Positions 1 through 12,718 of a stretch of DNA of 64,000 nucleotides are shown one piece after another. Made by a program: the position numbers and the translations under genes. Within the stretch, counting starts at the first letter, position 1. Each line of letters begins with the position of its first letter. This DNA is from Eledone cirrhosa (Eukaryota), in the NCBI GenBank assembly GCA_964016885.1, contig OZ024743.1, forward strand, positions 65,286,001-65,350,000. The letters run 5' to 3'. The notes beneath the pieces are model-generated. The model did not search any database. It saw only the letters and a list, made by a program, of their open reading frames with translations, and was not told where the DNA came from.

Positions 1-59
1 AAAAGATGAAGGAATCTAATGATTTATCGACAGGTTCAATATATTAATAAAATTAATAA

Positions 60-1015
60 ATTAATTATATATTACATTTTAAATTTATATTTATATTTAA
101 ATGTTGAGTTTAATCTAAGTCTACAGCAACTGAATAAATTATTCCTTAAGTTCAGGGAATTTTTGGTCTTTAATATAAAGAATATTTCCTCTATACAAAG
201 ATCACAATTTTCTGAAGAGGAGTTAAAAGGAGTAGCTTTTGAAATAATATTCCAAATCAACGAATATTCAACGAATGTTCTTTAGTTTGAGGTCCCATAA
301 TAGGCTAGATAGAGAAGTTGAAGATTTTTTGTTTGGATCTGTAAAAGAATGTTTATGATTATTGAAGCGGGATTTAAACTCTGTGGAAGTGGATCCCACA
401 TAATTAAATGAATTTAAATTAGTTTTTACATTACAATTATATACTATATTTTTAGCTAAGCAATTGTTATTTAACGGACAGTTAGATTTATTTCTACAGT
501 TACATTTATCAAATTGGATATTGCTTGGGTTATTATTGGTATTTTGGTTAGGTTTTACATTTCTATTATTAATTCTATTAATATTTTGCGCTAAATTTTT
601 GGTGGAAGAATAAGTTAATTTTATAGTATGTCTATTAAAAATTGAGTAATATCTATGTGTTCTAGGGAAGAATTTGTCAAAAGCTTTAAAAAATAGTTTA
701 GCAATAGGGGTTTTAATATTTAATGAGAAAGGAGGAGCGAACCATAATATGTTCCTAGTTCTATTTCTTTTTCCGCTTTCGGAATTAATGTAAGGTTTTC
801 TATTATAGTTGTTAAAATTGTTACCATAGTTAAAATTGTTACGATTATGGTTAGTTTTTATATTATTATTATTATTATCAATGTATTTAATTTTATTTCT
901 ATACCCAGCTCTACCTAACGCTTCGTTGTAATAATGTGCTTTTTCATCAAATATATTCTTATTAGCTGAAATTCTCGAAATTCGTCCAAAACTAATAATA
1001 TAATTAAAGCTACAA
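60..1015 (-). mobile_element. Penelope-like element 3' fragment (RT thumb/linker plus C-terminal GIY-YIG endonuclease), frameshifted
   Basis: Manual minus-strand translation gives RNRTRNILWFAPPFSL...KCNCRNKSNCPLNNNCLAKNIVYNCNVKT...NYVGSTSTEFKSRFNNHKHSF, then ORF 72..260 (WNIISKATPFN...CDLCIEE...LNLRNNLFSCCR). This matches the Cys-rich linker and GIY-YIG of Naiad/Neptune-type PLEs. Confidence 0.85.
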
Positions 1016-1094
1016 CTCCACTATCCGGGAGCTTCCAACAGTAATGGTTGCATTCTTTAAGGGTATGTCAATATTTATTTATAAAACTGATCTA

Positions 1095-1170
1095 TATTAT
1101 ATTTTATCTGATGAAAGCACACCATAATTTAACTTGGTGTCCTTGAAATATGTATAATGAAATAAATATG
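1095..1170 (+). ncRNA. Degenerate hammerhead ribozyme core in an inverted PLE terminal segment
   Basis: CTGATGA (1108-1114), stem AAGCACACCA/TGGTGTCCTT with one mismatch, then GAAA. It lies at the truncated 5' end of the PLE in opposite orientation. Confidence 0.55.
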
Positions 1171-1304
1171 GTTTTATAAATATAGTTTCCATTTGTTAAT
1201 ATCGTATATATATATATATATATATACGTTATTCCGAATGAAACAGTTCTAGTCCTGTAGAATCTCATCTATATTAAAACTTATATATATATATATATAT
1301 ATAG

Positions 1305-1505
1305 GGAAGGAGTCAGGACTCCGGCAGCCGAGCTCTGGCCGTTTCGACAGCTACATCCGAACTCCGAGGTCGGATCTAGCTGTCGAAACGTTCGGAGCTC
1401 AGCCGTCGGGGCTCCTGACTCTTTTTCTATTACCCACTTTACCACCCTAAGTATTGAGTGCTCTGGTGTGTTATGGTCCACCTGGTATCTTACCACAGCC
1501 TCTTT

Positions 1506-1510
<5 letters not shown>
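1305..1510 (+). mobile_element. Short non-coding fold-back element ('GCCGTCGAAACGG' family) in a (TA)n tract
   Basis: Imperfect inverted repeat ~1308-1358 / 1368-1422 plus a tail. Homologous to copies at 35575-35690, 41794-41995, 47520-47680, 50990-51066 and 56915-57260. Confidence 0.7.
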
Positions 1511-1552
<42 letters not shown>

Positions 1553-1654
1553 GGAAAAAATGAAACGAAATTTCATTTCTCACTCTTAGTACGGCTGTTA
1601 CTTAGATATAAGTAAGTATACGTACATACATATATGTATACAGACGTACAGTAG

Positions 1655-1732
<78 letters not shown>

Positions 1733-2149
1733 CATGCACACATATATATATGTACGTATGGATTCACCGAACATTTATTATAATGCTCGGTGTGTTTGTA
1801 AACAAACATCCCGAATTAAGCCGTACAGTGTCTAGCAACCATCGTTGCTCATTTGTTCAACACTGACAAAGGAACGCTGTACTAGTTTCAAGCTTATTAG
1901 CTATCGTCAGCAACGTATACCTTCCTGCCAGATGGTTGAACGTCTGAAAGTATATACTTTCCACATGCATATTAACGGCTGAGCAGCCTAATTTGCATAT
2001 CGAGTGAGTTAATCGGCCAAGAAACCTTGGTGGGGTGCCCAGTTTAGTCGCCAACGACCCGACCATGAGACAGGCTGTACTGGGATACATGTTACCAGTA
2101 GCACCAACTGGTGACCTGATACATACATACAAACATAGATACATACTTC

Positions 2150-2500
<351 letters not shown>

Positions 2501-2619
2501 TGTAATAACAGCTTAAGATATTTGACATGATAATACACAAATCATGTTATGTATAACCAGATTTATTTATTCTCGTGTCAATCATTTTAATCTTTCTATA
2601 ATGTTTCTTCAGTTTAAAG

Positions 2620-3160
2620 GATTGACAGTAATCGGTAGAGCGACGGATAACATGCTTTGCGGAATAGAGTTACGGCCCTTTACGTTTAGAGTCTGCATTC
2701 TGCAGAGCTTAACTTTGCCTGTTATCCTTACTGTCTCGATAAAGTACCAGTAATGCACTGGGTTCGATTTAATCCACGTTTCTCTCCTTTTCAAATTGCT
2801 GGCATTGTGCCTAAATCAGAAACAAGAGCGGTGGATTGGCAGTATCGTTAGAGAGTCGGACGCCATGCTTTGCAGCGTAGCGTTACGGTCCTTTACGGTC
2901 GGAGTTCAAATCCCGCTGAGGTTAACTTTACCTTTCATCCTTACGAGGGTCGATAAAATAAAGTACCAGTAACGTAGTGGGGTCGATTTAATCGACTTTC
3001 GCCTCCCCCAAATTACTGGCCTTCTGCCTATACTAGAAATCATTCTTATGGAGTCGATAAATAAAGTACCAGTAATGCATTGGGGTCAATTTAATCGACT
3101 TTCTCCTGCACCCCCCCCCAATTGCTGGCCTTGTGCCTAAATCAGAAACCATCATTATTA
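2620..3160 (+). mobile_element. Cluster of three tandem tRNA-derived SINEs (family 1)
   Basis: Head GGTGGATTGGCAGTATCG, B-box GAGTTCAAATCC, central CCTTTCATCCTTACGGGGTCGATAAAATAAAGTACCAGT, tail GGCCTTGTGCCTAAA..AGAAAC(ATT)n. Confidence 0.85.
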
Positions 3161-3210
3161 TATCTATAACACTGAAAATAGAAATATTTTATTCCGTAAA
3201 CATCTCTATA

Positions 3211-6200
3211 ATATGTAATACACTGAGCAGTCAGTAATAGTGCTGACATAAGACAAGTGTTGAGTGGGTGAGGGAATGTGTAATACACTGAGCAGTCAGT
3301 AATAGTGCTGACATAAGACAAGTGTTGAGTGGGTGAGGGAATGTGTAATACACTGAGCAGTCAGTAATAGTGCTGACATAAGACAAGTATTGAGTGGGTG
3401 AGGGAATGTGTAATACACTGAGCAGTCAGTAATAGTGCTGACATAAGACAAGTGTTGAGTGGGTGAGGGAATGTGTAATACACTGAGCAGTCAGTAATAG
3501 TGCTGACATAAGACAAGTGTTGAGTGGGTGAGGGAATGTGTAATACACTGAGCAGTCAGTAATAGTGCTGACATAAGACAAGTGTTGAGTCGGTGAGGGA
3601 ATGTGTAATACACTGAGCAGTCAGTAATAGTGCTGACATAAGACAAGTGTTGAGTGGGTGAGGGAATGTGTAATACACTGAGCAGTCAGTAATAGTGCTG
3701 ACATAAGACAAGTGTTGAGTGGGTGAGGGAATGTGTAATACACTGAGCAGTCAGTAATAGTGCTGACATAAGACAAGTGTTGAGTGGGTGAGGGAATGTG
3801 TAATACACTGAGCAGTCAGTAATAGTGCTGACATAAGACAAGTGTTGAGTGGGTGAGGGAATGTGTAATACACTGAGCAGTCAGTAATAGTGCTGACATA
3901 AGACAAGTGTTGAGTGGGTGAGGGAATGTGTAATACACTGAGCAGTCAGTAATAGTGCTGACATAAGACAAGTGTTGAGTGGGTGAGGGAATGTGTAATA
4001 CACTGAGCAGTCAGTAATAGTGCTGACATAAGACAAGTGTTGAGTGGGTGAGGGAATGTGTAATACACTGAGCAGTCAGTAATAGTGCTGACATAAGACA
4101 AGTGTTGAGTGGGTGAGGGAATGTGTAATACACTGAGCAGTCAGTAATAGTGCTGACATAAGACAAGTGTTGAGTGGGTGAGGGAATGTGTAATACACTG
4201 AGCAGTCAGTAATAGTGCTGACATAAGACAAGTATTGAGTGGGTGAGGGAATGTGTAATACACTGAGCAGTCAGTAATAGTGCTGACATAAGACAAGTGT
4301 TGAGTGGGTGAGGGAATGTGTAATACACTGAGCAGTCAGTAATAGTGCTGACATAAGACAAGTGTTGAGTGGGTGAGGGAATGTGTAATACACTGAGCAG
4401 TCAGTAATAGTGCTGACATAAGACAAGTGTTGAGTGGGTGAGGGAATGTGTAATACACTGAGCAGTCAGTAATAGTGCTGACATAAGACAAGTGTTGAGT
4501 CGGTGAGGGAATGTGTAATACACTGAGCAGTCAGTAATAGTGCTGACATAAGACAAGTGTTGAGTGGGTGAGGGAATGTGTAATACACTGAGCAGTCAGT
4601 AATAGTGCTGACATAAGACAAGTGTTGAGTGGGTGAGGGAATGTGTAATACACTGAGCAGTCAGTAATAGTGCTGACATAAGACAAGTGTTGAGTGGGTG
4701 AGGGAATGTGTAATACACTGAGCAGTCAGTAATAGTGCTGACATAAGACAAGTGTTGAGTGGGTGAGGGAATGTGTAATACACTGAGCAGTCAGTAATAG
4801 TGCTGACATAAGACAAGTGTTGAGTGGGTGAGGGAATGTGTAATACACTGAGCAGTCAGTAATAGTGCTGACATAAGACAAGTGTTGAGTGGGTGAGGGA
4901 ATGTGTAATACACTGAGCAGTCAGTAATAGTGCTGACATAAGACAAGTGTTGAGTGGGTGAGGGAATGTGTAATACACTGAGCAGTCAGTAATAGTGCTG
5001 ACATAAGACAAGTATTGAGTGGGTGAGGGAATGTGTAATACACTGAGCAGTCAGTAATAGTGCTGACATAAGACAAGTGTTGAGTGGGTGAGGGAATGTG
5101 TAATACACTGAGCAGTCAGTAATAGTGCTGACATAAGACAAGTGTTGAGTGGGTGAGGGAATGTGTAATACACTGAGCAGTCAGTAATAGTGCTGACATA
5201 AGACAAGTGTTGAGTGGGTGAGGGAATGTGTAATACACTGAGCAGTCAGTAATAGTGCTGACATAAGACAAGTATTGAGTGGGTGAGGGAATGTGTAATA
5301 CACTGAGCAGTCAGTAATAGTGCTGACATAAGACAAGTGTTGAGTGGGTGAGGGAATGTGTAATACACTGAGCAGTCAGTAATAGTGCTGACATAAGACA
5401 AGTGTTGAGTGGGTGAGGGAATGTGTAATACACTGAGCAGTCAGTAATAGTGCTGACATAAGACAAGTGTTGAGTGGGTGAGGGAATGTGTAATACACTG
5501 AGCAGTCAGTAATAGTGCTGACATAAGACAAGTGTTGAGTGGGTGAGGGAATGTGTAATACACTGAGCAGTCAGTAATAGTGCTGACATAAGACAAGTGT
5601 TGAGTGGGTGAGGGAATGTGTAATACACTGAGCAGTCAGTAATAGTGCTGACATAAGACAAGTGTTGAGTGGGTGAGGGAATGTGTAATACACTGAGCAG
5701 TCAGTAATAGTGCTGACATAAGACAAGTATTGAGTGGGTGAGGGAATGTGTAATACACTGAGCAGTCAGTAATAGTGCTGACATAAGAGAAGTATTGAGT
5801 GGGTGAGGGAATGTGTAATACACTGAGCAGTCAGTAATAGTGCTGACATAAGACAAGTATTGAGTGGGTGAGGGAATGTGTAATACACTGAGCAGTCAGT
5901 AATAGTGCTGAGATAAGACAAGTATTGAGTCGGTGAGGGAATGTGTAATACACTGAGCAGTCAGTAATAGTGCTGACATAAGACAAGTGTTGAGTGGGTG
6001 AGGGAATGTGTAATACACTGAGCAGTCAGTAATAGTGCTGACATAAGACAAGTGTTGAGTGGGTGAGGGAATGTGTAATACACTGAGCAGTCAGTAATAG
6101 TGCTGACATAAGACAAGTGTTGAGTGGGTGAGGGAATGTGTAATACACTGAGCAGTCAGTAATAGTGCTGACGTAAGACAAGTGTTGAGTGGGTGAGGGA

Positions 6201-8998
6201 ATGTGTAATACACTGAGCAGTCAGTAATAGTGCTGACATAAGACAAGTGTTGAGTGGGTGAGGGAATGTGTAATACACTGAGCAGTCAGTAATAGTGCTG
6301 ACGTAAGACAAGTGTTGAGTGGGTGAGGGAATGTGTAATACACTGAGCAGTCAGTAATAGTGCTGACATAAGACAAGTATTGAGTGGGTGAGGGAATGTG
6401 TAATACACTGAGCAGTCAGTAATAGTGCTGACATAAGACAAGTGTTGAGTGGGTGAGGGAATGTGTAATACACTGAGCAGTCAGTAATAGTGCTGACATA
6501 AGACAAGTGTTGAGTGGGTGAGGGAATGTGTAATACACTGAGCAGTCAGTAATAGTGCTGACATAAGACAAGTATTGAGTGGGTGAGGGAATGTGTAATA
6601 CACTGAGCAGTCAGTAATAGTGCTGAGATAAGACAAGTATTGAGTCGGTGAGGGAATGTGTAATACACTGAGCAGTCAGTAATAGTGCTGACATAAGACA
6701 AGTGTTGAGTGGGTGAGGGAATGTGTAATACACTGAGCAGTCAGTAATAGTGCTGACATAAGACAAGTGTTGAGTGGGTGAGGGAATGTGTAATACACTG
6801 AGCAGTCAGTAATAGTGCTGACATAAGACAAGTGTTGAGTGGGTGAGGGAATGTGTAATACACTGAGCAGTCAGTAATAGTGCTGACATAAGACAAGTAT
6901 TGAGTGGGTGAGGGAATGTGTAATACACTGAGCAGTCAGTAATAGTGCTGACATAAGACAAGTGTTGAGTGGGTGAGGGAATGTGTAATACACTGAGCAG
7001 TCAGTAATAGTGCTGACATAAGACAAGTGTTGAGTGGGTGAGGGAATGTGTAATACACTGAGCAGTCAGTAATAGTGCTGACATAAGACAAGTGTTGAGT
7101 GGGTGAGGGAATGTGTAATACACTGAGCAGTCAGTAATAGTGCTGACATAAGACAAGTGTTGAGTGGGTGAGGGAATGTGTAATACACTGAGCAGTCAGT
7201 AATAGTGCTGACATAAGACAAGTGTTGAGTGGGTGAGGGAATGTGTAATACACTGAGCAGTCAGTAATAGTGCTGACATAAGACAAGTATTGAGTGGGTG
7301 AGGGAATGTGTAATACACTGAGCAGTCAGTAATAGTGCTGACATAAGACAAGTGTTGAGTGGGTGAGGGAATGTGTAATACACTGAGCAGTCAGTAATAG
7401 TGCTGACATAAGACAAGTGTTGAGTGGGTGAGGGAATGTGTAATACACTGAGCAGTCAGTAATAGTGCTGACATAAGACAAGTGTTGAGTGGGTGAGGGA
7501 ATGTGTAATACACTGAGCAGTCAGTAATAGTGCTGACATAAGACAAGTGTTGAGTGGGTGAGGGAATGTGTAATACACTGAGCAGTCAGTAATAGTGCTG
7601 ACATAAGGCAAGTGTTGAGTGGGTGAGGGAATGTGTAATACACTGAGCAGTCAGTAATAGTGCTGACATAAGACAAGTGTTGAGTGGGTGAGGGAATGTG
7701 TAATACACTGAGCAGTCAGTAATAGTGCTGACATAAGACAAGTGTTGAGTGGGTGAGGGAATGTGTAATACACTGAGCAGTCAGTAATAGTGCTGACATA
7801 AGACAAGTGTTGAGTGGGTGAGGGAATGTGTAATACACTGAGCAGTCAGTAATAGTGCTGACATAAGACAAGTATTGAGTGGGTGAGGGAATGTGTAATA
7901 CACTGAGCAGTCAGTAATAGTGCTGACATAAGACAAGTATTGAGTGGGTGAGGGAATGTGTAATACACTGAGCAGTCAGTAATAGTGCTGACATAAGACA
8001 AGTATTGAGTGGGTGAGGGAATGTGTAATACACTGAGTAGTCAGTAATAGTGCTGACATAAGACAAGTGTTGAGTGGGTGAGGGAATGTGTAATACACTG
8101 AGCAGTCAGTAATAGTGCTGACATAAGACAAGTATTGAGTGGGTGAGGGAATGTGTAATACACTGAGCAGTCAGTAATAGTGCTGACATAAGACAAGTGT
8201 TGAGTGGGTGAGGGAATGTGTAATACACTGAGCAGTCAGTAATAGTGCTGACATAAGACAAGTATTGAGTGGGTGAGGGAATGTGTAATACACTGAGCAG
8301 TCAGTAATAGTGCTGACATAAGACAAGTGTTGAGTGGGTGAGGGAATGTGTAATACACTGAGTAGTCAGTAATAGTGCTGACATAAGACAAGTATTGAGT
8401 GGGTGAGGGAATGTGTAATACACTGAGCAGTCAGTAATAGTGCTGACATAAGACAAGTATTGAGTGGGTGAGGGAATGTGTAATACACTGAGCAGTCAGT
8501 AATAGTGCTGACATAAGACAAGTGTTGAGTGGGTGAGGGAATGTGTAATACACTGAGCAGTCAGTAATAGTGCTGACATAAGACAAGTGTTGAGTGGGTG
8601 AGGGAATGTGTAATACACTGAGCAGTCAGTAATAGTGCTGACATAAGACAAGTATTGAGTGGGTGAGGGAATGTGTAATACACTGAGCAGTCAGTAATAG
8701 TGCTGACATAAGACAAGTGTTGAGTGGGTGAGGGAATGTGTAATACACTGAGCAGTCAGTAATAGTGCTGACATAAGACAAGTGTTGAGTGGGTGTGGGA
8801 ATGTGTAATACACTGAGCAGTCAGTAATAGTGCTGACATAAGACAAGTGTTGAGTGGGTGAGGGAATGTGTAATACACTGAGCAGTCAGTAATAGTGCTG
8901 ACATAAGACAAGTATTGAGTGGGTGAGGGAATGTGTAATACACTGAGCAGTCAGTAATAGTGCTGACATAAGACAAGTGTTGAGTGGGTGAGGGAATG
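3211..8998. repeat. 65-bp tandem satellite, ~89 near-identical copies
   Basis: Unit ATGTGTAATACACTGAGCAGTCAGTAATAGTGCTGACATAAGACAAGTGTTGAGTGGGTGAGGGA; the same phase recurs at 3601 and 4381 (12 x 65). Confidence 0.98.
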
Positions 8999-9099
8999 AG
9001 TGACAACTAAAATGAAAATATCACATGATCCACATGACAGGTGCAATGTGTCCGAACACGGAAGAGCCGAAGTCCCACTGTCATCGCCCACATATCTCT

Positions 9100-9455
9100 C
9101 GCCCACCCCATCTCTCTGTATTGTGAACAAATGGGGTCCCACGTGCTGGCCGCCCATCAGCCCCGGTGGACAGAATAGAGAAGGCATTTCCCCGGAGGAT
9201 AGTAAAAGAGATGCGCTGGAAAAGCCACTCCATCTCGCGAAGCTCACACCTGCGGCTGGGCAGCTCAGCGCCTATGGTGGTGAGTAGGGAGGTAGCCCTA
9301 GGGCCAAGGACACCAGAAGTCTCCACTGCCAAGGGCACGACTGCAAACCTTTCGGAGAGCGACCGGAATTTGGAGAGTTTGCCCTTCTCAGTCCAAAGTG
9401 CAGCAGAACCTGGGATAGTTGCAGACTGCACCAGCAGGATAGTACTTCCGTGACA
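9100..9455 (-). mobile_element. CRE-clade non-LTR retrotransposon 3' fragment (restriction-like endonuclease C-terminus)
   Basis: ORF 9081..9635: ...KGKLSKF...FAVVPLAVETSGVLGP...REMEWLFQRISFTILRGNA. A related 3' stub is at ~47340-47460. Confidence 0.75.
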
Positions 9456-10209
9456 TCTGCAAAAATATTTACCTCTCTTACACACACACTGGCACACACA
9501 GTCACACACAGTCACACACACGCAGAAAGACACACTCATACAGACACACACGCATACATATATGCACACACAGACATAAACACACATGCACACACTTACA
9601 TACACAGACAGACAGACACATGCACATACAAACACAAACTACCTGCACACACACATAAACACACATACAGACACACATACACAAACACACATACACACAT
9701 ATAAACACATATAAACACACACAGACACACAAACACACACACATATATAGAACAGCAGGTTAGGATATTTGAACACACTCCAGTTTAACATTTTAAAGAT
9801 ATCTTTCTCACAATAAAAGAATGTCAGTTGTATTATATTATATTGAAGTATTTAAAGAGGATATTGTTGAAATAACTACTGAATCGTTTTATTTTTGAAT
9901 AAATAATTTTAGGAAGTCATTTCACGCTCAAATTATTATTCGTTACTCTCGAATAATTATCCACCCACGCATATTAATTTTTCAGATTTTTTTCTAAACC
10001 CCTTCACCCGCTCTTATTCCAACTCTTCGCCCGCTTATTAAATTTAATTTTTCTCCAGCGAAATTTTGTTTTAAGTGGTAGCATTCCTGCAACAATTAAT
10101 TTTCTTTAGATATTAAAAAAAAAATATTATACATGACAAGAAATCTATAATATATATAATAAAATAAATAGGATGGTTCTCAATATGTAAACTAAACGAC
10201 TAATTCTGG

Positions 10210-10432
10210 TTTACCCATTTAAACCGGCCATATCCGGCCAGAATTCTCTTACCTCTTTCTGTTCAAACCAGCCATAACCGGCCGCTCAAACTGATGTTAC
10301 GGTATTTTTCTCAAAATAAGTAACAATAAAATCTCATAGATTCGATATTATGTGAGATAATTATGTGAGGTAAATCCTTTACCATGAAAAAACAATAGTA
10401 TATAAAGAATAATGTAAATGCTAAAGGGTTAA
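10210..10432. mobile_element. Possible decayed TTAA-type (piggyBac-like) MITE
   Basis: Right end AATGCTAAAGGGTTAA; left end degenerate (TTACCCATTTAAACCGGCC). Confidence 0.3.
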
Positions 10433-10599
10433 AAAAAATTAACGGAAACAACCTAGAAAATTGCCTATTCCCACCCCCAGCTTATTCCAGCCCCTCCCAA
10501 TTATTTGGGACCCGAGAGTACCCCGAGAAAGTTAAAACATTCATTCACCATTCACATTTAGATAAAGGCATCAGATGTAAACGTTTATTTTCCTTTACA

Positions 10600-11030
10600 T
10601 AATTGTTTCTACTTTAGGCACAAGGCTAGCAATTACCCAGTGCATTACTGGTACTTTATTTTAATAGTTTCCGATTCAGGCCAACAATTTCGAGGAAGAT
10701 GAAACTCGATTGAATCGACCTCAGTACGTTACAGGTACTTTATTTTATCGACCCTGTAAGGATGAAAGGCAAAGCTAACCTCGGCGGGATTTGAACTCAG
10801 AATGTAAAGGGCCGTAACTCTATGCCGCAAAATTATAGAAATAATGGTTTCTGATTTAGGCACAAGGTCAGCAAAAGTTTTGGGGAGAGGGGAAAGTCAA
10901 TCAAATCGACCCCAGTGCGTTACTGGTAGTTTATTTTATTCCGTAAGGATGAACTTAGAACGTAAAGGGACGTAACTATATACCGCAAAACATTGTCCAT
11001 CGCTCGACCGATGCTGCTAATCCACCGCCT
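10600..11030 (-). mobile_element. Cluster of family-1 SINEs (partial or nested)
   Basis: Reverse complement of the SINE central and tail motifs (ACTGGTACTTTATTTTATCGACCC, GGCGGGATTTGAACTCAG). Confidence 0.8.
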
Positions 11031-11235
11031 TTAAGTTTCCCCTTTGAATAATAGTCCTAATTTATAGATGTTCGAAGTTTCTTTTTGTTTTGCAATTAAT
11101 ATTTTTGGGGACACTTCATCGTTTCCAGAGCCATTAGGAAGTATTTTATAGTGGAAATCAAGGATTTCCAAGTCAGAGTGCCATGTCACCTCTTAGTCAC
11201 GCGAATATATTTAGTTTATAAATGTATATATGTAC

Positions 11236-11323
<88 letters not shown>

Positions 11324-11324
11324 C

Positions 11325-11968
11325 ATATGATGGGCAGGGTGGAGAAGTTCAGGTATCTCGGGGTTGTGTTCACGACTGATGGAGGCAGGAAGCTGAATTA
11401 AGTGCAAGAATTGCCGTAGCTGGTGCAGTAATGCACCAGCTTCAGCATTCAGTAATCAGAAGAAGGGAGGTAGATGTAAAAGCTAAATTCACAATCTTTA
11501 ATTCGATATTCGTGCCACCCCTTACCTATGGTAATGAATCTTGGGTAATGACCGAAAGAATACGATCGCGAATACAAGGCCGAAATGGGGTTCCTCCAAA
11601 GGGTCTTTGGAGTAACGTTACTTGATAGAGTGCGTAGCTCATAGATCATAGAATCACTCCAGGTAGAGCCGCTACTTCTCCGAATTGAAAGATCACATCT
11701 CTGATACTAAGTGCATGTGGTTAGAATGTCTCAGGAAAGAATAGGGCAAAACCAACCGACAAGAGACCCAGGTTTGACTCCGAGCCAGATGGTTGGATAA
11801 CATCCATGAGTTTGGCTGATCTCACTAGGAAATCCAGCCAGATTAGTTAGAGAAAGTTGCTTGTGACAGGACCCGCTTGAAGGGGTGTGTGAGGACTCTG
11901 CCCCGCACGACCCTCTCATGAATAAGTGAGAAGAAGAAGAAGAAGAAGAAGAAGAAGAAGAAGAAGAA
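11325..11968 (+). mobile_element. RTE-clade LINE 3' fragment with (GAA)n tail
   Basis: EKFRYLGVVFTTDG...IFVPPLTYGNESWVMTERIRSRIQ; frameshifted; same family as 57825-58360. Confidence 0.85.
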
Positions 11969-12012
11969 ATACGTATATTTGGTTTGTTTACATGTCTATA
12001 TACTAATGATGT

Positions 12013-12044
<32 letters not shown>

Positions 12045-12545
12045 AAGAAGAAGAAGAAGAAATACGTATATTTGGTTTGTTTACATGTCTATATACTAAT
12101 GATGTGTAAATTTACACACACATTTACGCAGTCTGAGTTAGTTCTATTCTATATATATACAGATATAACGTTATCATAAACTTTAGCAGCTAAGGGAACA
12201 ACTTAAAATACATATCTCAACTAACTAACAACAAGAGCACTAATAATATGCAAATTAGTACGCCCATTTTAGGATACTGCTATAAGTGATAGGCCCGTGC
12301 GTATGTATTTGCTTGTGGTTGTTTAGATGCTGTACATATCTTCCGATGAAGAGCCGGTTTCTGGTGGAAGCGTGTGTGGGGGAGGGGGGGGGGCAGAAGA
12401 AGGAGATAAAGGGTAGTTGGGTGTAACCATAGAATATAGGAATTTGGCCATAGAAATTTAACTGGTCAGTGGAAAGCGGTGAATGTGGAGGTGAGTGTAT
12501 GGGGAAGAGGGGTTTAATGAAATATTTTGGTAGGATTGGTGGAAG

Positions 12546-12618
<73 letters not shown>

Positions 12619-12683
12619 TATATGCCTATAGGCAAACATATACGCATACATACATCTAAAACCACATATACAGGTGGTATATG

Positions 12684-12715
<32 letters not shown>

Positions 12716-12718
<3 letters not shown>

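Noticed and set aside
2827-2920. tRNA genes at SINE heads
   Set aside because: A/B boxes continue into SINE bodies and there is no complete cloverleaf.
3211-8998. CRISPR array
   Set aside because: The units are identical head-to-tail with no unique spacers and no cas genes, in a eukaryotic context. The same applies to 21820-22580 and 62329-64000.
9944-10520. DNA transposon with TACTCTCG termini
   Set aside because: The inverted match is only 8 bp, too short to support a call.
12340-12372. Hammerhead-like CCGATGA / GAAACCGG
   Set aside because: The two half-motifs are on opposite strands and no valid fold exists.
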